Assembly: GCF_009914755.1 (NCBI RefSeq) | Contig: NC_060948.1 | DNA length: 64,000 bases | Direction: 5' to 3' (one strand) | Source of the DNA: the human T2T-CHM13v2.0 reference genome, Homo sapiens | The notes under the pieces: generated by a model | Databases searched by the model: none | What the model saw: the letters and a program-made list of their open reading frames with translations, nothing else | Told to the model about the DNA's origin: nothing | Position numbers and translations under genes: made by a program | Shown here: positions 35,562 to 64,000 of the stretch, piece by piece | Position numbering within the stretch: position 1 is the stretch's first letter | Layout: every line of letters starts with the position of its first letter

Positions 35562-35880
35562 GGCCGGGCACAGTGGATCACGCCTGTCATCCCAGCACTT
35601 TGGGAGGCTGAGGCGGGCGGATCACCTTAGTTCGGGAGTTTGAGACCAGCCTGGCCAACATGGTGAAACCCCGTCTCTACTAAAAATACAAAAATTAGCC
35701 AGGCGTGGTGGCGGGCGCCTGTAGTCCCAGCTACTCAGGAGGCTGAGGCATGAGAATCGCTTGAACCCGGCGGGCGGAGGTTGCAGGGAGCCGAGATCCT
35801 ACCATTGCACTCCAGCCTGGGCGACAAGAGCAAAACTCCATCTTAAAAAATAAAAAATAAAAATAAATTAAAAAAGAAAA
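35562..35880 (+). mobile_element. Alu with TSD aaa(g/a)tagt(t/c)tcctg
   Basis: Complete dimer with matching flanks. Confidence 0.92.
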
Positions 35881-36374
35881 TAGTCTCCTGTGTATCCCTT
35901 GGGTTTGCAGCATGTGACAATTACCAAGTGAAATATAGTTAATGGAATAAACTATATTTAAAAGTATTTTAACAGTATTTTGAAAAAAAAAAAATATATA
36001 TATATATATAATTCTACCATGATCTCAGGGAGAATTCTTGAGAAGGATTTTTTTTTTTCCATCAGTATTGACTACTCAATATTACTATGTCATTTCTTGT
36101 GGCCGAAATGAAGTGAAAACGTATAAACGGTATAGGTTCTACCTTTTTTTAAAAAAAAAATCTCAGCATGTTCTTTATTTTTTCTTGTTTGACATTCCCC
36201 CAGAATATGTCTAGAATTGATTCTCTTTTACATTTTCACTGAGAACCCAGAAGGCAGCCATTTTTCGGAAAATGTGTTTGACTCACAGCTGTTATCTCCT
36301 GCCATTTCTGTGATTATCGCTTCCATCCCATTCTCCTCTATAGGAATTCCAGCTTCTCCCAAGTTAGCTTCAAT

Positions 36375-37570
<1,196 letters not shown>

Positions 37571-38273
37571 AAAGCCCTCAGAAGGAATGAACCCTGCCAG
37601 CACCTTGATCTGGCACCCCTGGCTCCCAGCATTGTCAGAGGAGGAGGATTATAAAACAACCTTCTGGCCCCCAGCGTTGTGAGAAAATGCATTGCTATGG
37701 CTCACGTCACCCTGTTGATGTTACTGCGTTGTGGTAGCCCCGGTGAACTCATCCCACAAGTCATGAGTTCCCAGGTCACCTGCTTCCTCTTGTGGGGGTC
37801 GAGACGCTGTATCTCCCTGGGCAGAAGCCTTTTATGCTGAAAGGGAGGCCTTTGCATTGGCTGAGCTTGAGCGTGAGAGCTGGAGCTGCTGGGATCTTGA
37901 ACACTCCTGGGATCTTGAACCTCCGTGGATGGAGGGAGTGTAGCTGAAAGGATCCAGCCGTCTTCCATCGTTAGCAAGTTAAGTCACCGAGGATCTTCCC
38001 CAGTTGCCTGCCCCAGTTGAGTTTGTCAGAATCTATTCACAGCATCACACGGGCGTGTAAACCACTGGAAGTCCCTTGCCGCCTGTTATTGCTCTTGTTC
38101 TAAGGAGGGGCAGGTGAGGAGGAGGGACCATCCGCAGGTGAGAAATGGGCAGAATATTTGTGGCAGGCATGGTGATTTTTGTCGCCAGCAGACTCTGCCT
38201 GGTGGCGGTGCGGGGGACTTGTGAAACATTTGCAATTGTCTTCCAACTGTTTAGAGATTTCTCGAGGAAATTA

Positions 38274-39310
<1,037 letters not shown>

Positions 39311-39311
39311 G

Positions 39312-39989
39312 GTAGAATAGATGAGAATTAGTCTGTTCTACGAAATAGACGAGAATTAGTCTAGTCTACGAAATAGACTAGAAATAGTCTAGTCTACGAA
39401 ATAGACTAGAAATAGCCTAGTCTGTTCTACGAAATAGACTAGAAATAGTCTAGTCTACGAAATAGACTAGAAATAGCCTAGTCTGTTCTACGAAATAGAC
39501 TAGAAATAGCCTAGTCTGTTCTACGAAATAGACTAGAAATAGTCTGTTCTCCGAAATAGACTAGAAATAGCCTAGTCTGTTCTACGAAATAGACTAGAAA
39601 TAGCCTAGTCTGTTCTACGAAATAGAGTAGAAATAGTCTAGTCTGTTCTACGAAATAGACTAGAAATAGCCTAGTCTGTTCTACGAAATAGACTAGAAAT
39701 AGTCTGTTCTATGAAATAGAAGAGAAATAGTCTAGTCTCTTCTACGAAATAGACTAGAAATAGTCTGTTCTACGAAATAGACTAGAAATAGTCTGTTCTA
39801 CGAAATAGACTAGAAATAGTCTGTTCTACGAAATAGACTAGAAATAGTCTGTTCTACGAAATAGACTAGAAATAGTCTGTTCTACGAAATAGACTAGAAA
39901 TAGTCTGTTCTACGAAATAGACTAGAAATAGTCTGTTCTACGAAATAGACTAGAAATAGTCTGTTCTATGAAATAGAAGAGAAATAGTC

Positions 39990-39990
<1 letters not shown>
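39312..39990. repeat. 28/33-bp quasi-palindromic minisatellite, about 22 units
   Basis: Core ctacgaaatagactagaaatagtctgtt; 33-bp variant adds a 5-bp ctagt-type block. Confidence 0.95.
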
Positions 39991-42884
<2,894 letters not shown>

Positions 42885-43034
42885 CTAAAAAAGTCAAACT
42901 CACAGAAGCAGAGTAGAAGGGTGGGTAGCAGAGACTAGTGGAGGTCACGGGGAGAGATGTTGGTCAGATAATTCAGTTTTGGTTAGACAGGAGGAATAAG
43001 GTCTGCACAACTATTGCACAGCATGGTGACATAA

Positions 43035-45240
<2,206 letters not shown>

Positions 45241-45254
45241 TTGGTATGCTTTTG

Positions 45255-47037
<1,783 letters not shown>

Positions 47038-47682
47038 TAAACGTAGGATTTTAAATGCGTGCACCACCCACACACACACACACAAAAGAAAAGTAGGTGA
47101 GGTGAGGGATATGTTAATTGGCTTCATGCAATTATCCCATGATGTGTACATATATCAAAATTTCACACTGTACCCTACAAATACATGCAATCATTGTTTG
47201 TCCCTTAAAAATTAAATTTTCCAAAGGAAGGAGACCAACAGTGGCTTCTGAAGTCGAGGACAGAGCGAGGCTTTGCCCCCTCGGTAAAACATGAATAACG
47301 GGAAATGGAATTTTAAATGTCACCGCAGGAGGAATTTACTCATTCAGGGCCGGGGGCTTCCTCGGACGTCATAAAATCATCTTCAGCTGATGGGAATATA
47401 ATGACAGCCAGCATTATCAGCAGAGAACGGCAGCTTTGAGTGTCTTTATATATTCATTGTTGTCAGTATCAGGGTTCAGAACCTGGCAGGTGGAGGTTGT
47501 GGTGAGCCGAGATCACGCCACTGCACTCCAGCCTGGGCAACAAGAGCAAAACTCCATCTCAAACAAACAAACAAACAAAAAATACAAACAGCCCAGCTAA
47601 GGTGAGCTATGAAATGCAGACATTGATAATCAAGACATATGCATTTTTATTTTTTTTTAAATTTGTATTGTATTTATTTCTT

Positions 47683-48796
<1,114 letters not shown>

Positions 48797-49620
48797 TAGA
48801 AAAAGGATGGGAGATGCAAATCACGCACAAAACTGTCAGCAACAACAACAACAAAAATGTGCTGTCACGTCCCCAGAGCGGCCTCAACACAAATCCGAGC
48901 ATCTGGGGTTTCTGGAATCTGGACTCTGATACATTGTTGCGTTTCCCCTGCTAGCAAATGACAATGGTATCCTGCAGGGTGGAAAGAGTGAGAGAGGCGG
49001 GCAGTCCCCGGCTGTTTAAAATAAGAATGTCGGTGCGCCAGGAGGACGGGATACATTCTTTTCCTGAGAGCAGTAAGGGTTCAAGTGTAAGAAGCCAGTA
49101 ATTATCCTGGGGGAAGCGAGAATCGTCAGGGGAGTAGGGGCAAAGAGCCGAGATGGTATCGATGGTGATGAAAACGCCGGCGTATTCGTGAACACCCTGC
49201 CTTACCCACGGGGCCCTCTTGCATTCGGCTGAGGGGATAATTACAAATAATGAGAAGCCTCTGATCTCAATGCATTTACGGCTTTGGCGTTTGCGAAAGG
49301 AAGAGAGGAGTGTGAAAAATAACCTATTTTACTATGAATGAGACAAAGTAAGATTTCAGGACAAAAGACACCAGCCAAGAAAGGGGGAATGTTAATCCTT
49401 GTCCCAGACCCTTTTATAAAAGTTATCCTTGATCCAATAATTAATGTATTTGATTTGGCTCAAAGAGACAAGGGTTAAAATTAGAAAAAAAAAAGAAAGG
49501 CTTGCTAAGATGTGAGAAGAAAATGAGAGAAGGAATTTATAGTCATCAAAGTGGGATACATTTGTCCATGGCGTATATGAAGTCAAAATGGAAATTCAGA
49601 TCAGAAACCCACATCTTCTG

Positions 49621-50325
<705 letters not shown>

Positions 50326-50536
50326 TCATGGACTAAACAACTTCTCTGAATCCAGGTACATTTAGGTTTTTCTTGGAACGAAGCAAGTTAACCTTTTCAG
50401 ACTATTTCTAAACTTGGGCGTGTCTGCTTGATGTGTGTTTCTGGGATCCTTGCTTCCTCTCCCTTTTCTCCACCTCTTCCCTGCATTTAAATAGTGGGAT
50501 AGCCTCCATAGCCTTCACAGTGTCACTCCTTGTTAG

Positions 50537-56345
<5,809 letters not shown>

Positions 56346-56665
56346 GCTCTCAAGTCTTAATTTTAGATGTTGGCCTCTTCAGCACTCCCAGCTATAGAGC
56401 ATACAATGGGCAGAAGCCCGTCTAGCTTAGTAAAGATGCTCATTTTCTGGAAGGATGTTTATGTGGGGAGATGAGGCAAGCCCTGCCATATTTGGGGTTT
56501 CTCCTTATTATTTAGCTGTTGATTGTGACATGCCCCATCTGACAATGTACTGAAAGAAGCTTCACCATTACTGGTTACAATCCCTACTGTAACAAAACCT
56601 GAACAAAATATTTGAAACACTTCTGGTGCCAGGCCTTTCTGATAAGGGGTACTCAACCTGTATTA

Positions 56666-56993
<328 letters not shown>

Positions 56994-57123
56994 TCAACAA
57001 TCCTAAAGATTGGTATTCCTTATTTCTACCTACTTGTCAAGAGCAGGAACAAACCACAAGGATACGAAGGGTGGTGTGTGTTGGAGGTGTGCAGGCAACT
57101 GGACAACCATGTAAACATGTCTA

Positions 57124-59169
<2,046 letters not shown>

Positions 59170-59774
59170 TCACCTTTCATGAGGTGAAGGCAAACACCCA
59201 TTCCCTTTGTCTCCAGATTTCAGTCCCCAAGGTCATAGCTTGAAGTCCCTGGAAGGAATTATTTCTCTGTTGAGCCCTTTCCTGAGAAACTTGAGTAAAG
59301 CCAGGAATGTCCGTTGCAGCTTTTCACATGTCTGCAGTGAACTGTGTGGAAGGGAAGACATTTTCCACATCGATTCTTTTTGGTGAAAATAAAGTTGCTG
59401 TCGAAGACGGGTGGAAAATAAGAATATCTTTTAAAGAGAGAAAAGACTTTTGGTGATGCCAGCCTAAACCTATTTCTTCTAATTCCCTTCTGCAAAAAAA
59501 AGAGCAGATGGGCCGAAAAACCTAGTGGGGGAACAAAAGTGCACGGGTATTTTATAGATAAATCAGCAAACCAACAGGAATGCATATACGGAAAAGATGT
59601 AATTTGTTCCTGCTCTTGACAAGTACGTAGAAATATGGAATAATCTTTACGATTGTTGACGAGTATGATAACAATGACAAGAACATTCTGAGGACTTACT
59701 AAGAACGAAGCACTGTGTCCAATTCTTGATTTAAAATCATTCATTTTATTTTCCCAGCAAACCAGAAAGTTAAT

Positions 59775-61002
<1,228 letters not shown>

Positions 61003-61038
61003 TTATCATTCCTGCATTTTATAGAAGAGGGAACTAGG

Positions 61039-61458
<420 letters not shown>

Positions 61459-61559
61459 TCAAACACAAAGAGTCTCACCTTAGACCCGGGTGCCTCCTAC
61501 CATCCATAAGCTCAAACAATAGACAAAGACCCTTCTCCCAATTCTCAGCCTACATCTGC

Positions 61560-61790
61560 TGAGGGCCACGTAGTGTCTGCTAAGGGCTTGCTCTCTCTCT
61601 GCTTCAAAGATGGTGCCTTCTTTGTGTTCTCCCATGGCAGAGGGGCAGAAGGAGCAAGCAGAATTTCTCAAGCTCATGTATGAGGGCAGTCATCCTACCT
61701 CCTGATGACCCACACCTCCTAACACCATTATCTTGGGGGTTAAGTTCCAACACGTGAATTTGGCAGACGCACCATCATTGAGATTATAGC
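61560..61790 (-). mobile_element. MLT1/MST-like LTR fragment
   Basis: gcttcaaagatggtgccttc...ctcctaacaccattatcttgggggttaagttccaaca. Confidence 0.65.
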
Positions 61791-62425
61791 CACGTCCTTG
61801 TATCTGATTCAAAGTCTGGAGTACATGCATTTGAGTAATGTGAGCTACGTCATAGGTCAGTACCTTAGAAGACTGAAGACTGCCATTTTTCTTTCTTGGG
61901 AGGAGCCAGGAGGTTCTTCCCCATGCAGGACTCTTCCAGTGGGATTTCTCCAAACTCAGGCCTGCTGTCTAATGCTAGACCACTAGGACCAGAAAAAAGG
62001 AGGATTGCTCACACCATCACTAACTGGACAGAGGGGAGGGAGCAACCAGGGATGCCTGTTGGGTTTGAAATTTTTTACGTCTCTACTGCAAAGCAGGGAA
62101 AGATGAATTGCACCAGCACCAACAATGAAAGGAGATTCTGGAGGAGAGGATCTCATTTTGTGAGGTGCTCCTGCTGCATCCCGATATTTCCACTACTCTG
62201 TGTTTACCTCACTTCTCAAGGCATTCACAAGGCAGAAGCCACTTGTTGTTGCTATGGATACATTGATCAAAAAGACAGAGCAAACCCACAACAGGCAAAG
62301 TAAAATTTCCATGGTCTGAAACTCATGATGCTGGCGAGAGGCAGAGAATGCATCGTTTCCACTTCAGATCTGCTTTTCTGATAGTTTCTATGAAAATGAT
62401 GGTTTTGGTTGCATGGTTTCAGGAA

Positions 62426-63178
62426 TGCTATGGTTTGGATGTTTGTACCCCTCCAAACGTCGTGCTGAAATTTCATCCCCAGTGCTGAAGGTGGGGACTA
62501 ATGGGAGGTGTTTGGGTCATGGGAGTGGATTCCTCACGCACAGATTAGTGCCCATCCTTGAGAGTAAGTGAGTTATCTCTCTTATGAGTTATTATGAAAG
62601 CTGGCTGTTAAAAAGAGCCTGGCACCTCCCCACACACACTCTCTCTCTCTTGCTTCCTGTCTCTACATGTGGTCTCTGCACATGCAGCTCCCCTTCCTCT
62701 CTGTGTCCCCACCCAAATCTATGGTTTGGCTCTATGTCCCCACCCAAATCTCATCTTCTAGCTCCCATAATTCCCATGTGTTGTGGGAGGGACCCAGTGG
62801 GAGATGATTGAATTATGGGGGCAGGTCTTTCTCATGTGGTTCTCATGATAATGGATGGGTCTCATGAGATCTGCTGCCATCCACGTAAAATGTGATTTGC
62901 TCCTCCTTGCCTTCCACCATGATAGTGAGACTTCCCCAGACATGTGGACCTGTACATCCAAAAAACCTCAGTCTCAGGTATGTCTTTATCAGCAGTGTGA
63001 AAACAGATTAATACACTCTCTCACTCTGAGTGGAAGCAGCCCGAGGCCCTTACCAGATGCAAATGTCCAATCCTGAACTTTCCAGCCACCAGAATCATGA
63101 GCCAAATAAACCTCTTTTCTTTACAAATTATCCAGCCTCAGAGATTCCTTCATAGAAACACAAAACAGACTCAGACAG
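62426..63178 (+). mobile_element. MST-type LTR with nested THE1 LTR (about 62702-63015)
   Basis: tgctatggtttggatgtttgt...; inner tatggtttggctctatgtccccacccaaatctc...aaacagattaataca with ctctc flanks; outer end aaacagactcagaca. Confidence 0.82.
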
Positions 63179-63829
63179 AGAGTTTGTTTGGAGCAAGTGA
63201 ATTAGGTCAGAGTGACATGGGGCTCCTAGGAGTTGGGGATTTACCACACACACCTGAGTGGAGGTAATGGTTGGAGATTAGCCTGAAAACCCAGAAGGTC
63301 TGTCCTGTTGGGATAAAACCTCCCCTCCTGGAGCTCAGTCTTGATGTAAATGACACATGATGTGTCCCAGACACAAGATGCAAATAAAAATGGCCTGGGG
63401 GTTAAAATTAGTCTGTGCTTTGGGGTGAGATCCATGCAGGTTGGAGTCAGTGCTTAGCTGGTATATGACTCCTGCCTGACTTTGCAGATGAGGCTGATCT
63501 CCAATCTCTGACTTTCCCTCTGTGAGGATTAAATCCGATACGCATAGTTCAGGAAGCATTAGCTGTTCTAGTGATAAAAGGGAATGAAAATATGAAAATT
63601 GCTATCATTTCTATTGCAGCTCAGGTTTCTTCTGCAAAGCCAGAGGTGATATGTCTACATTGGAGGACAGGGGAGCCAGGAATGGTGGGATTCTAACACT
63701 AACACAATTGAACACTCTCAGGCAAGCGCATCAAACATGTTTATTGCTGCCTCTGCAGGTAGTTAGTTCTCAAAAAACATGACCTGATGCTCTTCCTTGA
63801 ACACACTCTTAGAAACTCCTTGCATATAA

Positions 63830-64000
63830 GCCGGGCGCGGTGGCTCATGCCTGTAATCCCAGCACTTTGGGAGGCCAAGGTGGGTGGATCACCTGAGGTT
63901 AGGAGTTCGAGACCAGCCTGACCAATATGGTAAAACCCCATCTCTACTAAAAATGCAAAAATTGACCAGGCGTGGTGGCAGGTGCCTGCAGTCCCAGCTA
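63830..64000 (+). mobile_element. Alu, truncated by window edge
   Basis: gccgggcgcggtggctcatgcc... Confidence 0.92.

Overview
Primate (almost certainly human) non-coding genomic DNA with no credible protein-coding gene, RNA gene or CRISPR array. The window is very Alu-dense (roughly 60 full or partial copies) and also holds L1 3' ends, MaLR LTRs (THE1/MST/MLT1), ERV LTRs (MER4A1-like, MER66-like, a HERV-K(HML-2) LTR5A-type solo LTR inserted into an Alu) and DNA-transposon relics (MER75, MADE1, Tigger4/MER46-like). Tandem repeats are abundant: an 84-bp x13 VNTR with an open frame, a hairpin-rich 28/33-bp minisatellite, minisatellites grown out of THE1 and L1 fragments, tandem MLT1 units and kb-long purine/pyrimidine tracts. 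This mix resembles the X/Y pseudoautosomal region PAR1 (inference only). The most unusual pattern is repeated local templated copying: at least six short segments recur 0.4-7 kb away, direct or inverted, several inside Alus or LTRs. Nearly all supplied ORFs are Alu- or simple-repeat artefacts. I found no supportable novel gene system. Repeat family names come from recalled consensus sequences and boundaries are approximate.
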